A stretch of DNA of 64,000 nucleotides from Octopus vulgaris (lineage: Eukaryota). The notes under the pieces are model-generated. The model searched no databases. It saw only the letters and a list, made by a program, of their open reading frames with translations, and had not been told where the DNA came from. A program made the position numbers and the translations under genes. The DNA lies in NCBI GenBank assembly GCA_951406725.2, contig OX597824.1:21452001-21516000 (forward strand), in the 5' to 3' direction. This document shows positions 1 through 13,211 of the stretch, one piece after another. Position 1 is the stretch's first letter. Each line of letters opens with the position of its first letter.

Positions 1-179
1 TGATCCCTTCAACACCTGACACGTGGCACACACTGCACCTGTTCAGACAATGTCAATTTGATAGAGTGAGCAAGCTAATGTGCAGCACAAGCATTTGATC
101 ACTATAAACAAATCGTTTGTACAAGTCGTTCAGCAAAAGCTGAATGCTCAGACATCGTCTTTGACGGAAGAGTCCGTCA

Positions 180-180
<1 letters not shown>
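1..180 (+). mobile_element. 3' part of a SINE-like interspersed repeat
   Basis: Homologous to 25500-25665 (gcacctgt..caatgtca..gctaatgt.cagcacaagcatttga); ends in (CATA)n. Confidence 0.6.
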
Positions 181-215
<35 letters not shown>

Positions 216-280
216 TACATACATATATGTATGTATGTGTATATATATATATATATATATACGTATATGTATGGGTATAT

Positions 281-510
281 ATATATATAAAAATACAAAA
301 TGGGACAAGAACGCAAAACATTCAAATAGACGATACAAAAAACATGGACGGGTCATTTGAAGCCTCTAATCTTCAGTCAAGAATCGGATCATCCTCGCAA
401 TTTCGGCTGATTGATCAGCCGAAATTGCGAATGACCCGTCGGTGGTTTTTGTATCGTCTATTTGAATGTTATGCGTTCTTGTCCCATTTTGTATTTTTAT
501 ATATATATAT
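281..510. repeat. (TA)n-flanked foldback element, probably Penelope-related
   Basis: caaaatgggacaagaacgc...gatacaaaaa is inverted at the right end; 17-bp inner hairpin 395-430. Confidence 0.75.
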
Positions 511-799
511 TATAGCAGGGTAACTACACCTTATTCTCTGATATATATATATATAGGTATATGTATGATATTTTATTTAAGCTGGTTTACTGGCCTCTGT
601 TACCCTGGAGTTCCTATAGTATGCCGCTGTTTCTCCTAACAAGTCAGATTGGGTTGCCTGTCTTGTCTGAAGAGGTACAGGCACACTGTGGAATCTCCAA
701 GGTAAAGGGCCACTGGACTAGCTGAAATAAACTGCAGCACTCAACATTTGTATTGAGTACTCCAAATCCTTACCCAACAGGTGCACACACACACACACC

Positions 800-835
<36 letters not shown>

Positions 836-1086
836 TGTATGTATGTATGTTTGTATGTATGTATGTATGTGTGTGGGTGTATATATATATAAATAAAAAG
901 GGGTTTGTATGATTGTGTATAGAGGGATATATACTATTCAAAGAAATTCCAACTCTGTTTTTATGTTTTATTTATATTCTTTATAATTACTATTTATACT
1001 ATATATACTATATTCTACATTAATGTTATAAAGAATATAAATAAAGCATAAAAACAGAGTTAGAATTCCCTTGACTAATATATATA

Positions 1087-1125
<39 letters not shown>

Positions 1126-1147
1126 ACCATTTTTTTATATATATATA

Positions 1148-1202
<55 letters not shown>

Positions 1203-1446
1203 TGGATAGATGTAATTAATATTTATAGTAGTCTATTCACATTTAGGCAGATAGAAGGACAGCGGGACACAAACACATGTGTACACACATACACATACAC
1301 TCACACGCACACATGCACACAATGCCCCACCCCCATACTATGTCATATATATATTTTCAGACATGAATGTGTGTGCATTCTTGTTATACACACACACTTC
1401 TAAATCCAGGCAGACACATTTAATAAAACCTACAAAACAGGATGAT

Positions 1447-2003
1447 TATTATATCCAAAGCTAAGACTAAAAAAACGTAGTGATTTCACGTTTTCTTTTC
1501 CTTCCTTCTTTCTCTCCTTTTTTCCTTTTACCATTTATACCTCGGTGCCTACCGAAATGGCTTGATCCATATTGCATCGTGCATTCTCTGGTCAGATGTC
1601 TGTCGGTCTTTGTGCATTTTTTTTGACTGCATGATGAATGTCGTTGCACCATAATTCCCCCGCCCCCTCTACTTCACTGCTTCAGTTCTTTTCATGCATG
1701 GTATATTGTGCATCCACTCTACCTGCAGTGCTTTCTCTTGTTGCTAGTGTTACCTTTAAATGTTAGTTCGGTAAATATAGCACCGTTTGATTATATCCAA
1801 AGCTAAGACTAAAAAAACGTAGTGATTTCACGTTTTCTATTTTCTTTTCCTTCCTTCTATTCTCTTTATTTTTATTATTACCATTTATACCTCGGTGCCT
1901 ACCGAAATGGCTTGATCCATATTGCATCGTGCATTCTCTGGTCAGATGTCTGTCGGTCTTTGTGCATTTTTTTTGACTGCATGATGAATGTCGTTGCACC
2001 ATA
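1447..2003. repeat. Direct repeat, 2 x ~210 bp (1447-1653 and 1790-2003)
   Basis: Near-identical copies, also seen as the duplicated ORF MVQRHSSCSQKK... Confidence 0.9.
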
Positions 2004-2007
2004 GTCT

Positions 2008-2035
2008 TATTATTATTATTATTATTATTATTATC

Positions 2036-2082
<47 letters not shown>

Positions 2083-2111
2083 CATTATTATTATTGTCAT
2101 TATTATTATTG

Positions 2112-2148
<37 letters not shown>

Positions 2149-2342
2149 CATTATTATTATTATTATTATTATCATTATTATTATTATTATTATCATTATT
2201 ATTATTATCATTATCATTATTATTATTATTTTCATTATTATTACTATTATTATTATTGTCATTATTATTATTATTATCATTATTATTATTATTATTATTA
2301 TTATCATTATTATTATTATCATTATCATTATTATTATTATTG

Positions 2343-2388
<46 letters not shown>
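2008..2388. repeat. (ATT/ATC)n microsatellite
   Basis: ~380 bp trinucleotide tract. Confidence 0.98.
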
Positions 2389-2389
<1 letters not shown>

Positions 2390-2507
2390 TTGTGTGTGTA
2401 TGTGAAATAAACAGAAAGCTGTATTATTGCAGTCTTAACAATATGTTGGAAAATTTCAAAAATTTTTTCACCAGTCTTTTCATTCATATACAATTATTTG
2501 TAATCCT

Positions 2508-2571
<64 letters not shown>

Positions 2572-3075
2572 TTTTTTTACATTAACACTGTATCTTGGAA
2601 ATCAATAGTTAGGGAATTATTATCATCATAATTGTTGCTGTTGTTGTTATTATATTATTATAATTATTATTATTAGTTTCTTTTTGTTTTTTTTTATATA
2701 AATTTGTGTTTTTTACATACAATGTCAATAAGTTTATTTGAACAAAAAAAAAATATCAATGAAAATGTCCCAGCCTCTTTCATTTCTTTCATCGCTGTAT
2801 TTATTCACGTTACGAATTTCATTGTAGCAACATGGTTGGTTTATTTTATTCGTTCTTCCTTTTCACTCATTCACTCATTCATTCAGTCCATTCTCGCATC
2901 GCATTGAAAGACGAAGCCAACCTACACTACAACAACGTTTGTTTCAAAAGCTGTAACAATTTCAGTTATTTCTCATATTGTCTAAAACTAGCCATCAGAT
3001 TATTAATATATGCCTCATAAAAGGACTATCTTCCATTCATCTATTTCTCTATCTTTCTCTCGTATATTCTCTACT

Positions 3076-3122
<47 letters not shown>

Positions 3123-3974
3123 TATATCCTTCCCCGCATCTTGTCTTAAAAGTACATATAGACTCAAACTATCATTAAATGAATCTATTCTGTTTTAACT
3201 AAGACAAAGAACTGTAAAATCTACCTGCAACTAGATTCTATTAGGTTCATGAAGTCTAATCCATTTCTAATCCATTTTGTCATTCACTTCAATACGTTAT
3301 TGACATTTAGTCTTGGACAATGGAATGGTATGGATGTTAAAGAGCCGAGTTAAATTCTTAATGGTATCTAGTTCATGCCTGGCATTTCTGCGTTTATATT
3401 CCATTGGGTTCAATTCTTCTTCTCATTCATCAATGAAATAAGTTCCTGTAATATACCAATTAAAGTCTATTTACCATCTCCTAGTCTTGCAAAGAAAATG
3501 TCTTATCTATGGTCGAGGCCATTATCTATAAATTCAGTTAAATACATCTGAAAGACCGGAAATGTAAGATCTCTGATCCACCCAGCACTGTTATGTATTT
3601 ATTATTCAGCTTATTTGTATCAATTTTTCCTGAGAATTTTGTTCGATTGACCAGAAGAAGGATTCAACAAGTCTTTTGTCATGATTTTGCTGTGAATAAA
3701 GCAGCAGAGAAATGTGCCTATGTAACTGATTTTAAAGTTTTTTTTTTTTCCTCAACTGTTTGTGAAGTATGACTTCTTCCAGTATCATTTCATTCCAAAT
3801 ATTGAGCAAAACAAAAGAATTTTTTATTTTAAATGAATTGAAAAATGAGAATAATAAAGTTTTTTTTTTTCAGGTCATTAATTTTCATTGTTTCATTTCT
3901 TTGTTTATAGTTGAAATCCTATTTTCCTATGTTGGTTTTTGTGAAATTTAGATGAGCCATCATTATAATCATTC

Positions 3975-4375
3975 GATGACTGGCGTCCATGCTAGCGGGG
4001 TGCTAAGAGCACCATCTGAGCGTGATCGTTGCCAGAGTGGCTATCACTGGCCTCCATGCCAGTGGCACGTAAAAGACACCATTCAAGCGAGATCGTTACC
4101 AGCATCGCCTTACTGGCACCTGTGCCGGTGGCATGTGTAAAAGATTCGAGCAAGGCTGTTGCCAGTACCGCCTGACTGGCCCCGTGCCGGTGGCATGGAA
4201 AAAGCACCTACTACACTCTTGGGGTCATTGGCGTTAGGAAGGGCATCCAGCTGTAGAAACTCTGCCAGATCAAGATTGGAGCCTAGTGCAGCCATCTGGT
4301 TCACCAGCCCTGAGTCAAATTGTCCAACCCATGCTAGCATGAAAAGCGGACGTTAAACAATGATGATGATGATGA
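3975..4375 (+). mobile_element. Repeat family C (non-autonomous retroelement with internal gtgccggtggcacgtaaaa sub-repeats and (GAT)n tail)
   Basis: Related + copies at ~5140-5310, 23600-23790, 25094-25250, 28000-28260, 31256-31651, 58975-59202; - copies at ~6098-6350, 34455-34640, 53210-53630, 54900-55095. Confidence 0.85.
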
Positions 4376-4649
4376 GATGCTGACATCTGAAATTACATTT
4401 TTAGTTGTTGACTTTATAAGAATTGAGAAACTTCAAGAACATGAAATAATTCTTTTTTAAGAATGGTAAATCCCAAAGCATATAATCCAATATTTACACA
4501 TTATAATTTATAGATTTATTTGCTTCGAGATTCACCATTCCCTAAGGGATTATTTTTTAGTTGTATTTTAAACCTGTTTTTACCATATTTCTGTTGAAAT
4601 GCTCAGCCCCTGTTCCAATTAATTTTGAATATATATATATATACACATA

Positions 4650-4817
4650 TATACGACGGGCTTCTTTCAGTTTCCGTCTACCAAATCCACTCACAAGGCT
4701 TTGGTCGGCCCGAGGCTATAGTAGAAGACACTTGCCCAAGGTGCCATGCAGTGGGACTGAACCCGGAACCATGTGGTTGGTAAGTAAGCTACTTACCACA
4801 CACCCACTCCTACGCCT
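4650..4817 (-). mobile_element. SINE family A, head half
   Basis: Reverse complement has tRNA-like A/B boxes (gtggtaag, ggttcagtccc) followed by accttgggcaagtgtctt. Confidence 0.85.
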
Positions 4818-5368
4818 ATTGAGATATTTTAAAAGTTTCATTTTCTAGCTATGCTTTGATTCCTAAATATTTCTTGTAGAAGAGAGAAGACTTTGTAAGT
4901 TTGTTGTAGATTTAGCATATTCCTGAGCCAGTCAAAATGGTGCCAAACATATTACCAAAGCAGTTTATTAATACAAACTTAAGGTGTATCATTTTGTTTT
5001 TTTTATTTTTATCATATTGCTTTTTTTTCTTTCCTGTTTTGCAACTTACCTGGCAACTTCACTAGTTCCAGTGGTGCATGTGCACGTATGCACACACACA
5101 TACACACACACGTACACACACACACACACACACATGCTCAAAAGCACCCGGTGTACATTGTCACGTGGTTTGTGCTTGGAAGGGCGACCAGCCATGGAAA
5201 ACATGCCAAAGCTGGCACTGAAGTGCAGTGCAGGCCTGCAGCTGACTGGATCTTTTCAAACTGTCCAACCCATGCCAGCATGGGAAACAGATGTTAAAAT
5301 GATGGTGGTGGTGGTGGTGCTAGTGGTGGTGGTGGCAGCAGTAGTGGCAGCAGCGGTGGTGGTGATGG

Positions 5369-5401
<33 letters not shown>

Positions 5402-5534
5402 CAGTGGTGGTGGGTGATGGTGATGGTGATGGTGATGGTGGTGGTGGTGGTGGTGGTGGTGGTAGTGGTGATGATGATGTAAAGTTGATAATGTTCTATT
5501 TCAAGGCGCTCATTGTTAATCTTTTCTCTTTTTT

Positions 5535-5941
5535 TTTATCTTTTACTTGTTTCGGTCAATAAACTGTGGCCATGCTGGGGCACTGCCTCGAAGAATTTTT
5601 AGTCAAATGGATAGGCCCCAGTACATACATGTTTTTAATTTTAAACCTGGTACTTATTCTGTTGGTCCCTTTTGCCAAACTGCTAAGTCATGGGGATGTA
5701 AGCAAACCAACAACGGTTGTCAAGCAGTAGTGGGGGACAAAGAGGCACACACAGTCACACTCGCACATACACATGACAGGCTTCTTTCAGTTTCCCCTCT
5801 ACCGAATCCACTCATAAGGCTTTGGCTGTTGGCCGGAGTCTATAGTAGAAGACACTTGCCCAAGGTGTCACACAGTGGGACTGAACCCTGAACCGTGTGG
5901 TTGGGAAACAAACTGTTTCCCCGCCCAGCCATGTCTGCACC
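5535..5941 (-). mobile_element. SINE family A, near full length
   Basis: Same head, body and tail (ttttacttgtttc..tggccatgctgg) as other copies. Confidence 0.85.
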
Positions 5942-6082
5942 AATTTTGTTATTACCATCTTTCCCATGGAATTTGTTGTAAAATATCTGAGGCTTAAAAT
6001 TTGGTTAACCTTTTCATCACTGTATTTCTGTTGAAGTACACTGTTTTTGTTTCATTTAATTTCTAAAACCACCACCACCACC

Positions 6083-6114
<32 letters not shown>

Positions 6115-6422
6115 TTAGCGTCCGTTGTCCGTGTTGGCATGAGTTAGACAGTTCGACCAGAGCTGGTTAGCTGCAGGGATTGCACCAGACCCCAGTCTTA
6201 TTTGGCATGGTTTCTATGGCTGAATGCCCTTCCTAACGCCAATTGGAACGTGTGAGTGTAATGGGTGCTTTTATGTGCCACAATCAAGGGTTCTACTTGA
6301 GTGACACCAGTTCTGCCTTGACTATGATTTCACTTCGCTTGATGGGTTTGTAGAATATGAATGACACGGAATTTTGATGAAAGATTTTAATTTAAATGAC
6401 TTAAAAAACAGAAAGTTTTGTC

Positions 6423-7100
6423 GTAAAATATATTTGCCAATTAAATGTGGCAGTCCTGTAGAGGATGGTATTACTGTTGTTTTTAGCTCCAGGAAGACAT
6501 CTCCTCCAGCTGGCCAATGACAGTCTGTGTCCGATTAGTATTTGCTAGGGAGGTCATCGCTCCCATCTCTAGCCTCACATGATACACACAGACCCAGGTT
6601 TCTGAGTGGGTACCCATCTTCAGTGTGTGTTAATCACTGGCTAGTGATGAAGAACTCATTCCACTCACAAAATACTATATCCTTTTTTCTTTTTCTAGCG
6701 ACACACTGTCACTGATCTTGTAAAGAGAGAGATAAGTTATATTAAATCTCTGAGTAATAGTACTGAATCATAAAATATATTTGCCAACTAAATGTGGCGG
6801 TCCTATAGGGGACGATGTTACTGATGTTTTTAACTGCAGGAAGATGGGTAAAAACTCAGAAACCCAGGTCTGTGTGTATCACATACGGCTAGAGATGGGA
6901 GTGATGATCTCCCTCACAAATATTAATCGGACACAGACTGTATGTCATTGGCCAGCTGGAGGAGATTTCTTCCTGGGGCTAAAACAACAGTAGCACTGTC
7001 CTCTATAGGACCACCACATTTAGTTGGTGAATATATTTTATGATTCTGTACTCTATCTGTTTATCTCTTGCTCAAAGATTTAATATAACTTATCTCTCTC
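6423..7100. repeat. Compound direct + inverted repeat (three related copies)
   Basis: Copy 1 + 6423-~6720, partial copy 2 + 6724-6846, copy 3 - 6855-7100. Confidence 0.85.
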
Positions 7101-7840
7101 AGAAACTTTTGTGTCATAGAATCCAGGTGGGATCTCAGGTATTTGGGCGCCAAAAGGTTTACTGTATGTATTATCATGCTGATTGTTTCTGGCATAGGCA
7201 CAAGACCTGAAATCTAGGGAAAGGGCTTAGTTGATGTCATTGACCTGAGAACTTCAATATTTTAAGTTACTAACCCTGAAGAAATGAAAATCAAAGTTGA
7301 CCTCAGCAGGATTTGAACTCAGAGCACAGAGGGTCAGAACAAAGCATTCTATCTGATGTTCTAGCAATTCTGCTTATTTCCCACCCCTCTGTATATAAAA
7401 ATAATGAAACTGCGATTCAGTATTGAGTATTTGATTTCATTTGATCTTATTCCACGTGGCCTGGAATTTTCAGATTCTCTCTCTCTTTCTTTCTTCTTTC
7501 TCACTTTCTTTCTTCTTTCTCTCTTGCTTTCTTCTTTCTCTCTTGCTTTCTTCTTTCTCTCTTTCTTTCTTCTTCCTCTCTTGCTATGCGATATATTTGT
7601 TACAGGTAATTAGACTTCTGGGAGCATCCAAGTACCATCAGAAGTTTTACAACCTCTGGGTTTTCTCTCATTAACATGTGTGTGTGTGTTTATGTGCATG
7701 CATGTGTGTATGTATGTATCTATCCATCCATCCATCTTAACTGCCTCTTTCCACCTCACTCTAAGGGATATAATATACACCTACACACATACATATACAT
7801 ATATATATATACACACATATGTATACATATATATGCACAA

Positions 7841-7871
<31 letters not shown>

Positions 7872-8077
7872 CATATATATCACTTCTGATGGACTAGCAT
7901 CCCATCCAGGTGAGGACCCTCTATGCCAACGAAACCAGGAAACTGGCCCTTATGAGCCAGGCATAGCTCGAGAAGAAACAAGCAGCAACAACAACAACAA
8001 CATACATATATCATCATATAACATCCTTTTAATTGATGATGATGATGATGATGATGATGATGACACAAACAAACATG

Positions 8078-8111
<34 letters not shown>

Positions 8112-9001
8112 TAGATTCATATTCTTGTCCTTAAAAATTTCAAGATTCCATGTTGCTATGACCAGGGTTTATGACCTGTTCATCTTTGCAATCTTAAATC
8201 ATTAGCTTCAAACCCACATGTTGTTGTTGTTGTTGTCGGCGTTGTCATTGTTGCTGTAGCAGTAGTCAAAAGACGGTGCCTTTTTAATGCATAACCTAAG
8301 TGCATGATTTTTCGAATTGTCTTACGCAGTCTTTGACTCTGCGAAACATGCTTCGATGCTCCGAGCTTATCCGTAGACACTTCTCAGGTATATCCTTGAA
8401 CAGACAGCTATTCACAGAAAAGTGTTGCAGCATTGTTTCTCCTGCAGAATAATAAGTAGAATTACTGGCAACTCAGATAATCAATGAAATTCTGCGGCAC
8501 CACACGAAGCTTCTTATTTACCGTTATTGTCTCATAGCATGTCAATTGCATTTCTATTCGGAGTACAAATTAGTGCTACTAGTTGTTCATTTAGTATTTT
8601 CGTTAATGAAGTTGATCAGTAAATATGGGGCTTTGTTAATTTTTGTTTTATTTTATTTATTTTTATCTCACATTTATTTAATTGTCTTTTGTATTTTGCA
8701 GTGATAAAATGACAATGTAGATTTCCAATGAACTTTTTTTTTTTGCACCTGTTCAATAAAACGAAGCATTGATCTTTACCTGCAAAGTTATTGTATTTTC
8801 ATATTCCATTCAGATCTAAATATAATTCTTTCCCACATTCCTCAAATGTTTTAACGCATTTAATTTTCATATTAATTAATTAGCAAGAAATCCTTAAATT
8901 TCTTTAATCTGTATCCTTTTTTTTTTCTTTTCTCAGCTTAATTTTTGATGCACCTGAGCACTGTATATTTGTGGTGCACCTGAGCACTGTATACAATAAT
9001 T

Positions 9002-9065
<64 letters not shown>

Positions 9066-9204
9066 CATTATTATATCTAGAAGTATATATACATTCATTA
9101 TTATTGATTTAAAAATAGACCTACCTAATCGGGTCACTAATTAAAAGAAAAAAAAAAAACAAACGTTAATTTCATGCAGTCTTAATCACTTCTAACATCT
9201 TTTT

Positions 9205-9409
9205 GTCTTTTACTTGTTTTGGTAATTGGAGTGTGGCCATACTGGGGCACTGCCCTGAAGAATTTTAGTTGAATACATTGACCCCTATGCTTATTTTTGA
9301 AAGCCTGGTGCTTATTCTGTTAGTGTCTTTCACTGAACCACTGAGTCACAGGGATGTAAACACACCAACACCGGTTGTCAAGTAGTGGGTATCTATCTAT
9401 CTATCTATC

Positions 9410-9459
<50 letters not shown>

Positions 9460-9468
9460 CACATACAT

Positions 9469-9547
<79 letters not shown>

Positions 9548-9716
9548 ACAGTCTTCCTTCAGTTTCTGCCTACCAAATCCGCTCACAAAGTTTGGGTCAG
9601 ATCATGACTATAGCAGAAGACATCGTGTACCCAAGGTGTCATACTGTGGGACCAATTGAACCCAGAACCATGTGTTTTGGAAGCAAATTTCTTACCGCAC
9701 AGTCATGCTTGTGCCT
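9205..9716 (-). mobile_element. SINE family A with expanded internal (TA)n
   Basis: Family A tail and head flank a microsatellite. Confidence 0.85.
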
Positions 9717-10070
9717 ATTGCCACAAAAATTATAAATTATCAAACTTTGCCATCAAAAAATTTTTTTTTTAACCTTAAAATACAAACTTTTGGTGCCTAA
9801 AAGCAGTATAAAAAGGAACATAGTCCTCTTATTTTTTTTCCCTATTTTTCATACCTCTATTATTTGTTATATTTTTCTAATTAGGTATAGAAACTGTGGT
9901 TAATTTCAATTGCATTTGAAAATATTATTTATTTCTTTTCTTTTTTTAAAAATTTGGTTTGCAATAATCTCAGTGTGAAATCACATGTCGAAATAGATTT
10001 TGTTGCATCTTGGGAGGATCATTATGCCAATAATAATAAACACACACACTGGTTCTGTTTCACTTCTCTA

Positions 10071-10111
<41 letters not shown>

Positions 10112-10112
10112 C

Positions 10113-10159
<47 letters not shown>

Positions 10160-10344
10160 CATCATGATCATGATCATCATTATTAGTCAACTAGTTAATC
10201 ATTTAACCAATTAACTAATCAATCATTTGATTAATTGTTCAGCTAGCCCATCGATCAGTCAGGCTTGTCTGAGTCCTTTTGTTGCCAGTTGCAACCTCAT
10301 CTTTTATTGATTCCAGTTCTGCTCCAATATTACACAGTATTTTA

Positions 10345-10555
10345 AGACGGCAAGCTGGCAGAATTATTGGCACACTGGACAAAATGCTTAGCAGTGTTTC
10401 ATTTGTCTCTGAGTTCAAATTCCGCCGAGGTTGACTTTGCCTTTCATTCTTTCAGGGTTGATAAAACAAGTACCAGTTGAGCACTGGTGTTGATGTAATC
10501 AACTTGAACCCCTCCCTCAAAACTGCAGGCCTTGTGCCAAAATTTGAAACTGATA
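10345..10555 (+). mobile_element. SINE family B (head ggcggcgagctggcagaa, B box gagttcaaattcc, central gcctttcatcctttcggggtcgataaa)
   Basis: Other copies at ~7190-7385(-), 26300-26530, 32826-32945, 34643-34875, 37801-38015, 52021-52820. Confidence 0.85.
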
Positions 10556-10939
10556 TCACATAGGGTTTTCTTATAATAATACATTCTGTAACTGGGAACA
10601 TCACAAAACCTTGTTTAGGCTTAGCAGCCCTTCCTGTTTGTTTTCACTGTCCTGTTTGTATTACCAATTTTGATCCGCCACAAAATCCCAAATTTGATTG
10701 TGGGAGCAACTGTTTTATCGAAAGCATATATTGTTGTTAAATGCTCGAAATACGAGACTAGAAAAACAGCCAACACCTGATGAAGGGTCGTTCTTTATGT
10801 TGTTTTTGTCTCTTTTCCATTTGTGTCTTTCGTTGTTCGAAAACAAAGTCAATATTCCATGTACTCGTACTTCATATTTTTTCGTTGTACACATTTCATG
10901 ATGTATAGATGTAAGTATGTACATATACATATGTATATA

Positions 10940-10998
<59 letters not shown>

Positions 10999-11049
10999 TA
11001 TAGTATTATATGATTGAATGCCACACATCCTCTTCCAAGTAAGTTTTAT

Positions 11050-11100
<51 letters not shown>

Positions 11101-11112
11101 TTTATAGAAGGA

Positions 11113-11161
11113 GCTTCTACAGGACTAGAACTGTTTCTTTCAGATGAAATCTTCAGGAAGC
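11113..11161 (-). ncRNA. Type I hammerhead ribozyme-like motif, intact copy
   Basis: Minus strand reads GCUUC-CUGAAGA-UUUC(AUCU)GAAA-GAA-ACAG(UUCUAGUC)CUGU-A-GAAGC; all three stems pair, core CUGANGA/GAAA, GUA cleavage triplet. Confidence 0.65.
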
Positions 11162-11208
11162 TTCCTGAAGATTTCATCTGAATGAAACAGCTCTAGTCCT
11201 GTAGACGC
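11160..11208 (+). ncRNA. Hammerhead-like motif, mismatched mirror copy
   Basis: Same architecture, but stem II base is U.U (GAAT) and stem I 3' strand is GACGC. Confidence 0.45.
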
Positions 11209-11291
11209 TCCTTCTATAAAATAAATTACTTTATTCTGCTATGTATTGAGTACCTTATTTACTGTGGTTAACCCCGACTCAACCCGGGACC

Positions 11292-11345
<54 letters not shown>

Positions 11346-12851
11346 AGATTGTTATGTAATGTGTCTTCCAGCCTCAGAACAGAATTTGTTTCTCAATGAC
11401 AATTATTCATAATAGAAATTTATAAATAAATACAGGCGTTTATTTTAACAAGTGTGTAATATATAAATAGGATTTCTTTATAATTGAAAGAATACAGTAT
11501 GTATCTTTTATGTGTTCAGTAATTTCTGATTTGATGCTAAAAACTATTTATTTTCATATTTGCATAAATATAGATATATCCTCCAGTATGTGTACGCATG
11601 CTTGTATGTGAAAACATGTATACATATGTGTGCATATATATGTCCGTGTGTGTATAAATATATGTCCGTGTGTTGTGTGTTTGCGTGATATACATACATA
11701 AACACATGCATGCAAACAAACATACACACAGGTGGAGGATATATAATTTTTGTATCTAGATATGACACTCCACCGTACATGCATGCTGAGACACTGAAGT
11801 TTTGTCATGTGTTTCAATATAAACTGACTGATATTAATAAATAATTCTTATATTCAATCATTCATGTTCTTTTCTATGATTTAACAGCAGGAAATTGGTT
11901 ATTAATATATTTGTAATTTTGCCATTGAAATGGATGTTTAGATTCCAAAGTGAAAAATTATTAAAAGAAGCACTTTTTTTTTTTTTGAGTCAGTCGTTGC
12001 AGATGATATATTTCCCATATAAAGGAAATGTGATAGTCAGCATGGAATAGCTTTTGGTGCAGTGAAACATCTGCAAGACTAAGCATGTTTGAAGAACAGA
12101 GGAAAGTTAATTGGCAAGAGAAATACTCTGTCCACTGTCCCCTGAAATACAGAGATATGAAAACTGAAATACAATGATATGGCTGAATCTAATATGAAGA
12201 GATTGGATATTTATATTTATAATTTGACTGGAGATCAGTTCACTTTTGATACCCTTGATATGACCTACAACATAGGCGACTATAAATGGATTTACCTGTG
12301 ATGAAAAAAATGAATTAAAAAAGTACTTTTTATTGGATCTTTGAAACATTATCTTTGATAATATATTTTACATATAAAGAAAATTTGGTAGTTATATAAA
12401 AACACATAGGCAGCTGCTGCAAGGAAAGAAAAATACCAATGTTTTGAACTCAGGCTCTTTCTCAAGGGAGACAAGAGAGATAGTTCCTTATGTTGTTACC
12501 CAGGAGTCACAGTACTAATGGCCTCATGGCATCTACATATGATTTCAGTAACAACTTCTTTTTCTTTGGATTACTTGTTACCAATGCAAACCTACACTGG
12601 ATTCCACCAATTTTGGATTTTACATACTTACCTTATGATTTCTTCTCTATCACTGGATCCACAACCTTTCGTATCCATATGCTTCTTTTATTCTTATTTC
12701 AACAAATTTCATTCGGATTCAGACTTCTTCAAAAAATATCTTTTTTGTTCATATATTTATTCATGGACCTTTTTTTTTTTTTTGGTAATTTTGCAGGTAA
12801 AATAAGAAGGGAGTTTCATGAAGCTCTTGATATCTGTTAATATGCAAAGCT

Positions 12852-12910
12852 TTTCACCAATATGCTCCATGTTTCACCAATATGCTCCATGTTTCACCAT
12901 ATGCTCCTTG
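12852..12910. repeat. 3 x ~20-bp tandem repeat tttcaccaatatgctccatg
   Basis: Read directly from sequence. Confidence 0.9.
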
Positions 12911-13142
12911 TATTTCTCTGTTGGGAGCAGTTTCATATAAAACATTCACAATTCTGTTTTTTTGTATTTTATGTCGTTTAATACAATTTGGCAGCATTTA
13001 TTGACGTAAGTGGAATCTAATATTCAAAAGAAATCCAGAGAAAATCCAGTGTGGTTGGATCAGTTATTTAGATCAATAAATACTGATTGTAAATTGATTG
13101 TGCTAATTAATATTTATTTATTTATTTTCTTTTTTACTTCAG

Positions 13143-13211
13143 GGAGAAAAGTATGATGGCAGGAAAGCTGATGTCTGGAGCTGTGGTGTGATATTATATG
13201 CACTTCTTGTG
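13143..13211 (+). CDS. BRSK: Internal coding exon of BRSK/SAD-family kinase (subdomain IX): [23 protein letters not shown]
   Basis: 69 nt, phase 0-0; acceptor ttttcttttttacttcag, donor gttagt; peptide matches the BRSK1/2 / SAD-1 DVWSCGVIL region. Confidence 0.96.

Larger units (their letters stand above)
11095..11226. repeat. 132-bp near-perfect palindrome centred on GAAG/CTTC (11160/11161), between (TA)n tracts
   Basis: Arms differ at 3 positions. Confidence 0.95.

Noticed and set aside
1942-2493. Long poly-Ile/Leu ORFs, and the many YI/HT/CV-rich ORFs across the window
   Set aside because: Translations of (ATT)n, (TA)n, (CA)n and (TATG)n microsatellites
4561-5891. Recurrent ORFs with RLPNPLTRLW...YSRRHLPKVP
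   Set aside because: Antisense translation of SINE family A, not a protein family
7580-7674. CYAIYLLQVIR resembling the expected upstream kinase exon (HYACPEVIR)
   Set aside because: No GSPHY/CPE motif and no fitting splice sites; the real exon was not found and probably lies upstream of the window
8330-8387. AG/GT-bounded 58-nt segment
   Set aside because: Not 3n, and its 3' end is shared with a repeat at ~26120-26182
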